Origin: Candidatus Saccharimonadota bacterium
GTDB taxonomy: Bacteria > Patescibacteriota > Saccharimonadia > Saccharimonadales > JACDBH01
Reading direction: 5' to 3'
DNA: 64,000 nucleotides
Assembly (NCBI GenBank): GCA_028289135.1
Contig: JAQGGW010000008.1
Location: 34,385 to 98,384 of the forward strand
How positions within the stretch are numbered: position 1 is the first letter of the stretch; the number at the start of each line of letters is the position of its first letter. The notes below the pieces were generated by a model. It did no database searches. It saw only the letters and a list, made by a program, of their open reading frames with translations, and was not told where the DNA came from. Of this stretch, positions 28,328 to 37,664 are shown one piece after another. The translations under genes were made by a program, and so were the position numbers.

Positions 28328-29211
28328 TAGTCGTACGATTAATGGGGGGCCATAGCAACCAGCTTTTCCAATACGCGATTGGGAAAAATTTATCTAAAAA
28401 GCTAGGCACAAATTTAATGTTAGACCTAAGCTGGTTCAAGGATTTTGCTGATGTTGATACGCCACGGTTCTATGAGATTGGTTGTTATCCACTTGAGGCA
28501 ACTGTATGTGAGGATCTTAGTCGGTTACGCATTGTAGATCCACGCCAACCCATCCGAGTTACTAACCGGCTGCTACGTAAGATGCACTTAGGAAGCGCCA
28601 TCTGGATGTACTACGAGCAGGGTCAAGGCTATAACCCAGAAGCCTTAGAACAACCCGATAACACTATGCTTATAGGTTACTGGCAGACAGAAAAGTATTT
28701 TAAAGACATCCGCAATGAACTGATTGCAGAACTTGAACCAACCTCAAAGTTATCTGACAAAAATTTAGCAATTATGAGTAAGATCAAAAACTCTGAATCT
28801 GTGTCAATCCATGTAAGGCGTGGTGACTATATCACCAATAAAAATGCCAATACTTTTCATGGTTCTCTTGGAGCTGACTACTATCAAAAAGCGCAGGAGT
28901 ATATCCAAAAAAAAATTGGTATAAAAAATATACAAGTTTTTGTATTTTCGAATGATATTCCATGGTGTAAAAAGAATCTCAAGTTTGACGTGCCGGTAAC
29001 ATTCGTGGAGGGCAACGACAAAGGGTCTGATGATATGCGCCTAATGAAAAACTGTAAGCACTTCGTAATGGCCAACAGCTCGTTTAGCTGGTGGGGTTCA
29101 TGGTTATGTACCAATCCTAATAAAATTGTAGTGGCACCAAAAGTATGGTTCAAGGATAAAACAGCTAATGATGCAATAGACATCATGCTTAATTCTTGGG
29201 TGCGATTATAG
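28324..29211 (+). CDS. alpha-1,2-fucosyltransferase (GT11 family)
   Basis: GGHSNQLFQYA, HVRRGDY and ANSSFSWWGSWL are the three hallmark GT11 motifs. This fits the GDP-fucose genes in the locus. Confidence 0.8.
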   Translation: MIVVRLMGGHSNQLFQYAIGKNLSKKLGTNLMLDLSWFKDFADVDTPRFYEIGCYPLEATVCEDLSRLRIVDPRQPIRVTNRLLRKMHLGSAIWMYYEQGQGYNPEALEQPDNTMLIGYWQTEKYFKDIRNELIAELEPTSKLSDKNLAIMSKIKNSESVSIHVRRGDYITNKNANTFHGSLGADYYQKAQEYIQKKIGIKNIQVFVFSNDIPWCKKNLKFDVPVTFVEGNDKGSDDMRLMKNCKHFVMANSSFSWWGSWLCTNPNKIVVAPKVWFKDKTANDAIDIMLNSWVRL

Positions 29212-29214
29212 CTT

Positions 29215-30138
29215 ATGGCAACGCCAGTATTATCTATCGTAATGAGTGTATTTAACGCAGAGGCGTACATTAAAAATGCTATAGATAGTATTCTTAATCA
29301 AACATTTACCAACTATGAACTAATTGTGATAAATGATGGTTCAACAGATAATACTGCCAGCATATTAAATCAATACAAAGACTCACGGATCGTAATAACG
29401 ACTCAGCATAATAAAGGTTTGGTAGCGTCGCTAAAAACTGGAATAAAAATTGCACAGGGAAAATATATTGCACGACAAGATGCGGACGATATGTCCGAAC
29501 CAACACGGCTAGAAAAACAAGTTAAGGTTCTTGAGGATACCGCCGGAGTAATTATTGTTGGTTGTTCGATAAAAGTCATGAACATGAGTGGGAAAATCAC
29601 ACATCAACATCACGTTCTGATAAATAGCCCAGAATTAAAACAAGAGCTTTTACTACGTTCGCCATTTGCTCATGGATCAGTAATGATGAGAAGGGACGCT
29701 TATTTGGAGTCTGGAGGATACCATGATGCCGATTGGCCAGCCGAAGATTATGGCTTATGGTTACGAATGTCACCGCTAGGTGATTTTAAAAATATCGACG
29801 AGCCACTTTACATCTACAGAGAGAACAAAAAAGGAATTTCTTCCACTAACTCAGGTCTTCAAACTCAAAAAGTAATAAAGATCCAGGATGAAGCATGGGA
29901 ACAAAAGACAAGACTTTTGAGAAGCGGACGAATAAACTTAACCTACTATTTAGATCTAGAGAATAGTCATGAAAGAATTGAACGCATTATCCGTACAAAT
30001 GCTTGGATTAGTCGTAAATCTATAGCTTGCCTGGATGCAGTAACAGCGATTCGGGCTGCTGGTACTATCTACAGCAATAAGGTTACGTACACAAAATTAG
30101 CTGGTAAACTTAAGCGTAGGATTAAGAAACATATATGA
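29215..30138 (+). CDS. glycosyltransferase, GT2 family
   Basis: LSIVMSVFNAEAYIKNAIDSILNQTF...NDGSTDNT...RQDADD. It is a paralog of the second domain of 25389..27146. Confidence 0.75.
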   Translation: MATPVLSIVMSVFNAEAYIKNAIDSILNQTFTNYELIVINDGSTDNTASILNQYKDSRIVITTQHNKGLVASLKTGIKIAQGKYIARQDADDMSEPTRLEKQVKVLEDTAGVIIVGCSIKVMNMSGKITHQHHVLINSPELKQELLLRSPFAHGSVMMRRDAYLESGGYHDADWPAEDYGLWLRMSPLGDFKNIDEPLYIYRENKKGISSTNSGLQTQKVIKIQDEAWEQKTRLLRSGRINLTYYLDLENSHERIERIIRTNAWISRKSIACLDAVTAIRAAGTIYSNKVTYTKLAGKLKRRIKKHI

Positions 30139-31034
30139 TTACCCCTGACATCTGCATCGCAATACCTACTTACAACCGGGAAGAAGTTTTAATTGACACC
30201 ATACACGGAGTGTTGATGCAAACATATAAAAATCTCGAATTATTAGTTGTTGATCAAACTTTAGAACATAAATACGAAACTAAAGATGCACTTGAAAAGA
30301 TTAAAGACCCACGATTCCGTTATATAAAGGCAGGACCGCCTTCACTTCCGGCAGCTCGAAATTTTTCCCTGCGCGCTTCAAAAGCACCTATAGTATTATT
30401 TTTGGATGATGATGTCGTATTGCAACCAGACATGGTAGCCTGGCATTTAAAAACATTCGAAGATTTTCCAGATGTAAGTGCGGTTGGCGGTCGGGTACTA
30501 CAAAAAGATTTTCCAATCAAAAAGGATGTTTTAAAGTTTGACGATTTTGCCGTATCTCATGGAGTATTTACCGCCACAAAAGCAAGCTACACTAATGCGT
30601 TCCCTGGGGGTAACCACTCAATCATTGTTAAAGACGCACTTAAGGCTGGGGGGTACGACACTCGTTTTTATGGTAATGCATTCCGCGAAGAAAGTGATAT
30701 GTCTCTCAGGTTAATAAATAGTGGTAAAAAAATATATTATGAACCTCGTGCCGAATTACTGCACTTGGCAGCGCACTACGGCGGTGTTGAATCACGCGTA
30801 AAAGGTCATATTTACGACAACAGGCTTTTTTACCGAAATGAACTATTTTTTACAATCCGCAATGTAAAAAAATCTCACACTATTCGCGCATTACACCGAA
30901 AATACAGCGAGTATTGCAAAGTGCCTGGTAAAAAGATTCGATTACGCCGTAGTGTATATTTTTTTGAAGGATTAATTGCAGCTGTATGGCGTCAAGTTTT
31001 TGGAGTACAGATAATTACGAAAGAGATAAAATAA
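30135..31034 (+). CDS. glycosyltransferase, GT2 family
   Basis: ICIAIPTYNREEVLIDTIHGVLMQ...FLDDDV (DxD). Confidence 0.7.
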   Translation: MITPDICIAIPTYNREEVLIDTIHGVLMQTYKNLELLVVDQTLEHKYETKDALEKIKDPRFRYIKAGPPSLPAARNFSLRASKAPIVLFLDDDVVLQPDMVAWHLKTFEDFPDVSAVGGRVLQKDFPIKKDVLKFDDFAVSHGVFTATKASYTNAFPGGNHSIIVKDALKAGGYDTRFYGNAFREESDMSLRLINSGKKIYYEPRAELLHLAAHYGGVESRVKGHIYDNRLFYRNELFFTIRNVKKSHTIRALHRKYSEYCKVPGKKIRLRRSVYFFEGLIAAVWRQVFGVQIITKEIK

Positions 31035-32240
31035 ATGCGTATCGGAGTTGATTTACGATCACTTGAAGGCGGAGCCCAGCACCGAGGTATTGGGCGTTAT
31101 GCGAGCGAGCTATTGTACTCACTAAGTGAAATAGATCAGGTAAACGAATATGTATTTTTTACCTCTGCCCCTAAAGCAAAGACGCCAGATTTGAAGTTAC
31201 ATGGTAGATTTAAGTATTCCAACGCCGCAGGTAGGGGTGATGGATTACGTGGCGTTAAATACATAAGGATTTTATATATTACTCCGCGCCCGATCTCAAT
31301 AGATAAGTATAATCTTGATGTATTCTTCCATATCGATACATCACAACCGCTGCAAACTCGTAAGACGCCAATTGTCAGTGTTGTATATGATTTAATTCCA
31401 TATATTTATAAAGATCTTTACCAGCACGTGCATCTTGGTGGCTATACACCCGGCCACCTAATTGGTTACTCACGCATGCGGCTTAAGTGGCGCGTAATGG
31501 AAGGTTGGTTGCAACGTTATAAAAAAGATGCCCGCATAATCAGTATTTCAGAACATACTAAAAAAGATCTTCTAAACTATGTGCCAGGAATTAATGCCAA
31601 AAAGGTTATAGTGATACCTCTCGCAGCAGGTAAATTACCTCAGATAGATAAAAATTCTAAAGACGCCATGGAAAAACTTGGATTAAAACAATTCTTATTT
31701 TATGTAGGAGGGGCGGATCCAAGAAAAGGACTAGTTAACTTAGCTTCTACACTAGAGAAAGTGTGGGAAGAATTCCCAGATACCCAGATTGTGTTTGCCG
31801 GCAAGGAAATAAATAATACTGAAGTTCCGGAAGCTGTAAAATTGCATAAGACTATCGCTAATCTTAGCAAGCCTAAGCAGGTACGGTTAATCGGTTTTGT
31901 TAGCGACGGTGAACTTGCATGGTTATATAAAAATGCCGTTGCTTTTGTCTTTCCGAGCCGCTACGAAGGCTTCGGATTGCCTATCCTCGAGGCAATGCAA
32001 GCTGGTTGCCCAGTAATTACTTATGACAACTCGTCTTTGCCAGAAGTGGCTGGCAAAGGGGCTATGGTGCTTAAGGATGGGTTACCTATGAACAAAGCTA
32101 TTTGTAAACTTCTGGGTGACAGCGAATTACGTCGAAAGCTAATAGTAAACGGCAAAAAACAAGCAGCTAAATTTACGTGGCAATATACTGCCGAACAAAC
32201 ACTTCAAGTACTTGAGTCGGCTGCAAAGGAAAAATCATGA
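31035..32240 (+). CDS. glycosyltransferase, GT4 family (WbdA-like mannosyltransferase type)
   Basis: MRIGVDLRSL...RGIGRY N-terminus and FPSRYEGFGLPILEAMQAGCPVIT. Confidence 0.75.
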   Translation: MRIGVDLRSLEGGAQHRGIGRYASELLYSLSEIDQVNEYVFFTSAPKAKTPDLKLHGRFKYSNAAGRGDGLRGVKYIRILYITPRPISIDKYNLDVFFHIDTSQPLQTRKTPIVSVVYDLIPYIYKDLYQHVHLGGYTPGHLIGYSRMRLKWRVMEGWLQRYKKDARIISISEHTKKDLLNYVPGINAKKVIVIPLAAGKLPQIDKNSKDAMEKLGLKQFLFYVGGADPRKGLVNLASTLEKVWEEFPDTQIVFAGKEINNTEVPEAVKLHKTIANLSKPKQVRLIGFVSDGELAWLYKNAVAFVFPSRYEGFGLPILEAMQAGCPVITYDNSSLPEVAGKGAMVLKDGLPMNKAICKLLGDSELRRKLIVNGKKQAAKFTWQYTAEQTLQVLESAAKEKS

Positions 32241-33439
32241 ATATAGGCATAGACATAAGACCGCTACAAGCCGAAACTAAACACCGAGGAATTGGAAAGG
32301 CATTGAGCAGAACATTGAGACCCCTTCTTAAATTTGGTAGTGCCTCAGGTGATAAGTTTACATTTTTTTATGATCCTCTTTTAGCAATGCCCGAAATTGC
32401 TACTGATGCTTACATAAAATACCTACCCGTAAGAACACCAAATATAAATAAGAAGAAATACATTCGTATACTGCTAAGACCGATGAAAAAAATAAACATA
32501 AAGAGTGGAGTAGTTGATGTATTACTACAGTTTGACTTTGGTTTGGGCATACTAAAAAATATTCCCACGGTAACTATGTTTCATGATATGATCCCCGTAC
32601 TTTTTAGACAAGCAGATGTAGACAGACAAAATGCAAAGAAAACTATCCGGCGAATAAAGGGAAAGTTAGGCGATGGACTAAACTGGCAACGCTATTTATC
32701 GGATTTAAGAAAATACAATAATGCTGCATCAATTTTGGCAATTTCCGAGAACTCTAGAAACGATTTATTGAGCTATGATAAAAAAATAGATCCATCAAAA
32801 ATTAAAGTTGCGCTTTTAGGAATAGATTCTGTACTTGATGCAAAAAAAAGAAATATAGAAAATGAAATCGTAAAAAAAATAATCAACACAAAGTATTTAT
32901 TATATGTTGGCGGCATTGATACTAGGAAAAATGTCATACAGTTGGTTAGAGAATTTCATGAGCTAAAACCGAATTATCCTAGCTTAAAACTGGTTGTCGT
33001 CGGAAAGGAGTTCGAGTTATTTAACAACCTAGAAAATCTAGGCTGGCATAAAGAAATAGACAAAATTCCCGAATATAAAAAAGACATTATTTTGCCAGGT
33101 TATGTTTCTGACTTTGATCTACAGTTATTGTACTGTCATGCCCAAGCTTTTATATTCCCTAGTTTATATGAAGGTTTTGGTATGCCACTTCTTGAAGCAA
33201 TGGCGTTAGGTTGCCCTTGTATTGCTTACAGTAATTCATCCATAACAGAAATAGCGGGTGATGCGATAGTATTAGTTGAAAGTGGTAAAAGTATGGCGCA
33301 AGAAATAAAAACTATATTAGATTCAGAAAGTATAAGACGTGACTTAATAAGAAAAGGTGTCCTGCAGTATAAGAAATTCCCGTGGGAGAACACTGCCAGG
33401 ATAATACTAGACGAAATACATAGTATAAGCAAAAAATGA
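32237..33439 (+). CDS. glycosyltransferase, GT4 family (paralog of 31035..32240)
   Basis: MNIGIDIRPL...RGIGK and FPSLYEGFGMPLLEAMALGCPCIA. ATGA overlap. Confidence 0.75.
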   Translation: MNIGIDIRPLQAETKHRGIGKALSRTLRPLLKFGSASGDKFTFFYDPLLAMPEIATDAYIKYLPVRTPNINKKKYIRILLRPMKKINIKSGVVDVLLQFDFGLGILKNIPTVTMFHDMIPVLFRQADVDRQNAKKTIRRIKGKLGDGLNWQRYLSDLRKYNNAASILAISENSRNDLLSYDKKIDPSKIKVALLGIDSVLDAKKRNIENEIVKKIINTKYLLYVGGIDTRKNVIQLVREFHELKPNYPSLKLVVVGKEFELFNNLENLGWHKEIDKIPEYKKDIILPGYVSDFDLQLLYCHAQAFIFPSLYEGFGMPLLEAMALGCPCIAYSNSSITEIAGDAIVLVESGKSMAQEIKTILDSESIRRDLIRKGVLQYKKFPWENTARIILDEIHSISKK

Positions 33440-34578
33440 AAACTAAAAGTCTTAAAATTTTCTTTGATATTGACGCAGCTGCTCAGCCAAACAAGTCTGG
33501 CATAGGTTATTATTCTTTAGGTTTGCTGCAGTCTATTTCCGAGGAAGAAGATATAACAGTGTACGCTCATTATTTTAATTTTTTTGGATTATCAAATCCT
33601 AACTTACCAAAATTAAAAAACGTCATCTACAAAGAAAGTAGGTTTATTCACCGAAAAGTATATAATTTTTTTAGACGCTTTGGAATACAAATTCCTTATG
33701 AAATACTTTCAAAAGTTAAGTCTGATTTTGCTATTTTCCCAAACTTTACTCATCGCCCAAGTATATTTAATACACCCTTCGCTTTAGCAGTGCATGATCT
33801 TACTTACATAAATTACGCATCTACAGTAAGCCCCAGAAACCAGAAAGATTTATCAAAATTCGTTCCAAAGTCAATTGCCAAAGCAAAGTTTATCATATGC
33901 ATTTCCGAAACAATAAAAAAAGAATTAACTGAATATTATCAAGTACTGCCTCATAAAGTAATAGTTACATTAATTCCGCCGCCAGCTTATAAACCAAATG
34001 TTAATTTTAGTATTTCACAGGCTTTGAAGGAAATGAATATACAGAAAAAATTTATTTTATTTATTGGAAACTCTGAACCCAGAAAGAATATATATAACTT
34101 AGTGAAAGGGTATAACCTGCTAGATAAAAAACTACGCGATACATACTTACTTGTTATCTCTGGCGCAAAGGGATGGGGTAGTGGTCAAGAACATAACTTT
34201 AATATTAATAATGAAATTATTAATACCGGTTACGTTACCGAAGAAGAAAAATATGCCTTATTTTCCAGTACAACTTTGTTGGTAATGCCTTCATTATATG
34301 AAGGCTATGGTATGCCTATCATTGAGGCAATGCAGCATAATAAGCCCGTCGCAGTTAGTGATATTGAAGTCTTTCATGAAGTAACTAATGACGCGGCATT
34401 TTTCTTTGATCAAACTAATCCAATTTCGATTGCCCAATCACTTACAGAAAGTTTGACTAACAAACAAAAGCGCGCATCTTTTCTGGATCAGAATAGTAAA
34501 CTACTCAAAGAACTAACATGGAGTAATACTGCCAAGATTGTAACTAACAGGATAAAAGAAACCTTAGGCATTAATTAA
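33436..34578 (+). CDS. glycosyltransferase, GT4 family (third tandem paralog)
   Basis: IFFDID...SGIGYY and MPSLYEGYGMPIIEAMQHNKPVAVS. ATGA overlap. Confidence 0.75.
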   Translation: MKTKSLKIFFDIDAAAQPNKSGIGYYSLGLLQSISEEEDITVYAHYFNFFGLSNPNLPKLKNVIYKESRFIHRKVYNFFRRFGIQIPYEILSKVKSDFAIFPNFTHRPSIFNTPFALAVHDLTYINYASTVSPRNQKDLSKFVPKSIAKAKFIICISETIKKELTEYYQVLPHKVIVTLIPPPAYKPNVNFSISQALKEMNIQKKFILFIGNSEPRKNIYNLVKGYNLLDKKLRDTYLLVISGAKGWGSGQEHNFNINNEIINTGYVTEEEKYALFSSTTLLVMPSLYEGYGMPIIEAMQHNKPVAVSDIEVFHEVTNDAAFFFDQTNPISIAQSLTESLTNKQKRASFLDQNSKLLKELTWSNTAKIVTNRIKETLGIN

Positions 34579-34589
34579 TCCTGCATGGT

Positions 34590-35942
34590 CTATTCGAGAT
34601 AGTCACCGGTAGACCAGTCAGCAATTTTGCTCATATACTGCGCAAAATCTGCATGGTCTTTTGAGTTTCGATATTTCTCAAAACTATCAACACTATCAAA
34701 TACTGTATTTTGAATAAAAATTCTGCCTTTACGAAAATCCATACTTTTACTTACATTCCATAGCCTAGCGCCATTAGTTTTTTTACCAATTTTTTTTAGT
34801 CTCCCTATTGCTTCATCCATTTCTTCATCACTTGCACTAGTCTTCATAGAGAAGAAAACAATATGTCTTAGCGGACCTTCATCGGTAATGTCGGTGTAGA
34901 GAGAGCCAGATTCTTCGGCAAGATCATGATCAACCATTAGCTTAACCAAATTAGGGAAGTTTACCTTACGCTTCCAGCCTAAAACCTTCTCGGCTTTTGA
35001 CGGATCTCCCGTCAAAACGTCAACTTCTGCTGGACGATAAAATTCGGGGTTAATTTTAATTAGAGTTGTTCCGGTTTTAGTATCAACTCCTACTTCTTTT
35101 TCGCCTTTACCATGCCATTTAATATCAATACCAATATTTGCAAAAGCTAGCTCACAAAATTCTCTTATTGAATGTGTCTCACCAGTCGCCAAAACAAAAT
35201 CATCCGGTTTATTGTGCTGCAGGATTCGCCACATACCCTCTACATAATCGCCGGCATATCCCCAATCTCGTTTTGAGTCTACATTACCCAGTTCAATATA
35301 TTCCTGTTTACCTAATTTGATTCTAGCGACTGCTTTACTAATTTTGCGTGTTACAAATTCAGGACCGCGGCGTTCGCCTTCGTGGTTAAAGAGAATTCCG
35401 CAAGCTGCGAACATACCATAACTCTCGCGGTAATTACGGGTTATCCAATGTCCGAATAATTTTGCAACACCGTAGGGGCTACGTGGATGAAAAGGGGAAT
35501 CTTCGTTATAGCCGACATCTGGTCGGTTGTAATCAAGGCCACCAAACATTTCAGAAGTCGAAGCTTGATAAAAACGAGTAGTTTTTTCAAGTCCCGATAA
35601 CCTAATAGCTTCTAGTACATTTAACACGCCCTTGCCAGTTACATCGGCCGTTAAAATTGGATCCTTGAAAGAGTAACCAACGTGGCTAATTGCAGCTAAA
35701 TTATATACTTCGTCTGGTTTTACTAATTGCATGGTTCTTACTAAAACAGCCAGGTCGAGCAAATCAGCCATAACAAATTCTACATATGGCATTTCATTTT
35801 TTAGCTTTTGGTACCGCGGATGAGAAGTTTCCATCTGACCACGAATGACGCCGTAAACTTTATACCCTTTAGAATGCAGTAAAGCTGCTAAGTGTCCTCC
35901 GTCTTGTCCTGCAATGCCGGTAATAAGTGCGCTTTTGGCCAT
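34590..35942 (-). CDS. gmd: GDP-mannose 4,6-dehydratase fused to a C-terminal Dabb (stress-responsive alpha/beta-barrel) domain
   Basis: Start moved to MAKSALITGIAGQDGGHL, which is preceded by AAGGAG. Gmd motifs STSEMFG, SPYGVAKL and NHEGERRG are present. An extra ~95 aa (LRHIVFFSMKTSASDEEMDEAIGRLKKI...FEKYRNSKDHADFAQYM) resembles Dabb. Confidence 0.85.
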   Translation of the reverse strand: MAKSALITGIAGQDGGHLAALLHSKGYKVYGVIRGQMETSHPRYQKLKNEMPYVEFVMADLLDLAVLVRTMQLVKPDEVYNLAAISHVGYSFKDPILTADVTGKGVLNVLEAIRLSGLEKTTRFYQASTSEMFGGLDYNRPDVGYNEDSPFHPRSPYGVAKLFGHWITRNYRESYGMFAACGILFNHEGERRGPEFVTRKISKAVARIKLGKQEYIELGNVDSKRDWGYAGDYVEGMWRILQHNKPDDFVLATGETHSIREFCELAFANIGIDIKWHGKGEKEVGVDTKTGTTLIKINPEFYRPAEVDVLTGDPSKAEKVLGWKRKVNFPNLVKLMVDHDLAEESGSLYTDITDEGPLRHIVFFSMKTSASDEEMDEAIGRLKKIGKKTNGARLWNVSKSMDFRKGRIFIQNTVFDSVDSFEKYRNSKDHADFAQYMSKIADWSTGDYLE

Positions 35943-35995
35943 CAGATGTCTCCTTAATGTATCCACTATTCTAACAGATATCGTATAGTTATAAT

Positions 35996-37087
35996 ATGAG
36001 TAGGATAGTTATTGACGCGCGGGAGTCGGGGACAAGCACCGGCCGGTACATCGACAAGCTGATCGAGCATATGCACACGCTTAAGCCGCAGCATGAGATA
36101 GTTGTCCTCGCCAAAAAACACCGCCTTGATTTTATGAAATCTGTCGCGCCAGGTTTTCAGACCGTCGAAACGCCTTTTAAAGAGTTTTCGCTGGGCGAAC
36201 AGCTTGGTTTTAGAAAACAAATAAAGTCGCTTAAGCCCGACCTCGTCCATTTTGGCAAAGTCGAGCAGCCAATCCTGTACACGGGCAGGGCGGTCACGAC
36301 CATGCACGACCTAACCACCGTCCGTTTTCGAAATCCGACCAAAAACGCCATTGTTTTTAAGCTCAAACAGCAGGTATATAAGATTGTTAATATTATAGCC
36401 GCGCATAAAAGCAGGGTGCTCATCACCCCAACCCAATATGTAAAAAATGATGTCGTAAAGTTCGCGCACATTAAGCCCGCCAAGGTTACCGTAACGCTGG
36501 AGTCGGCCGATGCCATAACCGGCCCAGCCACTCCAGTTGAAGCGCTCAAAGGCAAGCAGTTTATCATGTACATCGGCCGGCCAATGCTGCACAAAAACCT
36601 CGGCCGCCTGATGGACGCTTTTAAGATCATGCAGGAGACAAACCCTGAGCTTTATTTGGTATTAGCCGGCAAAAAAGACCCTTTATACGACGCACACGAG
36701 AAAAATGCGAAAGAAAAGGGCATCAAAAACATTATTTTTACCGGTTTTATCTCTGATGGCGAGCTAAAATGGCTCTATCAAAACACTGCCTGCTATGTTT
36801 TCCCAAGCCTCAGCGAGGGGTTTGGGCTGCCACCTCTGGAAGCCATGATCCACGGCGCCCCTGTTGCTAGCAGTAATGCGACCTGCCTCCCAGAGGTAAA
36901 CGGCGATGCCGCGGATTACTTTGACCCACTGGATAGCAGGGGAATGGCCGAAGTAGTACTGAACATTATTAACAACAACGCGCATGCAGAAGAATTAAAA
37001 CAACGCGGCAAAGTCCAGGTAGCCAAGTACTCGTGGGACCGCATGACCAAACAGACTTTAGAGGTCTATGACCGTGCCTTATCTTAA
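35996..37087 (+). CDS. glycosyltransferase, GT4 family (WbdA-like type), GC-richer than the tandem trio
   Basis: MSRIVIDARESGTSTGRYI and FPSLSEGFGLPPLEAMIHGAPVAS. Confidence 0.75.
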   Translation: MSRIVIDARESGTSTGRYIDKLIEHMHTLKPQHEIVVLAKKHRLDFMKSVAPGFQTVETPFKEFSLGEQLGFRKQIKSLKPDLVHFGKVEQPILYTGRAVTTMHDLTTVRFRNPTKNAIVFKLKQQVYKIVNIIAAHKSRVLITPTQYVKNDVVKFAHIKPAKVTVTLESADAITGPATPVEALKGKQFIMYIGRPMLHKNLGRLMDAFKIMQETNPELYLVLAGKKDPLYDAHEKNAKEKGIKNIIFTGFISDGELKWLYQNTACYVFPSLSEGFGLPPLEAMIHGAPVASSNATCLPEVNGDAADYFDPLDSRGMAEVVLNIINNNAHAEELKQRGKVQVAKYSWDRMTKQTLEVYDRALS

Positions 37088-37175
37088 AGTTATCCCCAGC
37101 TGAACAAAAAGCGAACTAGAATAGGGGGCTAATATTTGTATTTTTTACGTTTTTATATATAAATATGTTTTTTTG

Positions 37176-37664
37176 TTATTCTTCTGTTTCGGCGTCAGTT
37201 TCAGAACTTTTATTTTGCGCAGGCTTCAGCACCACGTGCCTATCCCTTCCCTCTCCCACTGAGACGGTAATTAAACCCGCCTCGTCAGCCGCCTTGTGCA
37301 CCGTACGCCTGTCAGCGGCGTTCATAGGGTCCAAAGCCAGCTCCTTACCGCTGTCTCTCACCTGCTTGATCCAATCCGCCGCCTGCTCCGCTACCTGGTG
37401 CGCACGCTGTTTTTTATAATCGGCGATGTCCACGTTTACCCTGGTGTACTCGTACCCCTGGTTTTTAAGCGCATTGCTCACTATAAACTGTAAAGAACGC
37501 ATCGTATCCCCTCTTTGGCCGATCAAGAAGCCGTTCAAGTGGGTCGACGGCACGCTGAGCTCAATCATGTCGTCTTCGCTTGTGGCGTAAACATCGGTGT
37601 TAAGACCAAAAAATGACAACAAATCTTCTAAATACTTCTTTGCGTACAGAATCGCCTCTTCCAT
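37176..37664 (-). CDS. jag: Jag/KhpB RNA-binding protein (KH + R3H domains)
   Basis: 162 aa. The R3H region is PMNAADRRTVHKAADEAGLITVSVGEGRDRHVVLKP. It is adjacent to yidC in the conserved order. Confidence 0.8.
   Translation of the reverse strand: MEEAILYAKKYLEDLLSFFGLNTDVYATSEDDMIELSVPSTHLNGFLIGQRGDTMRSLQFIVSNALKNQGYEYTRVNVDIADYKKQRAHQVAEQAADWIKQVRDSGKELALDPMNAADRRTVHKAADEAGLITVSVGEGRDRHVVLKPAQNKSSETDAETEE

Noticed and set aside
35966-36307. 113-aa minus-strand ORF apparently continuing upstream of gmd.
   Set aside because: It overlaps the well-supported GT4 gene (35996..37087) on the plus strand. The true gmd start is the AAGGAG-preceded ATG at 35942, so the ORF is an upstream read-through artefact.
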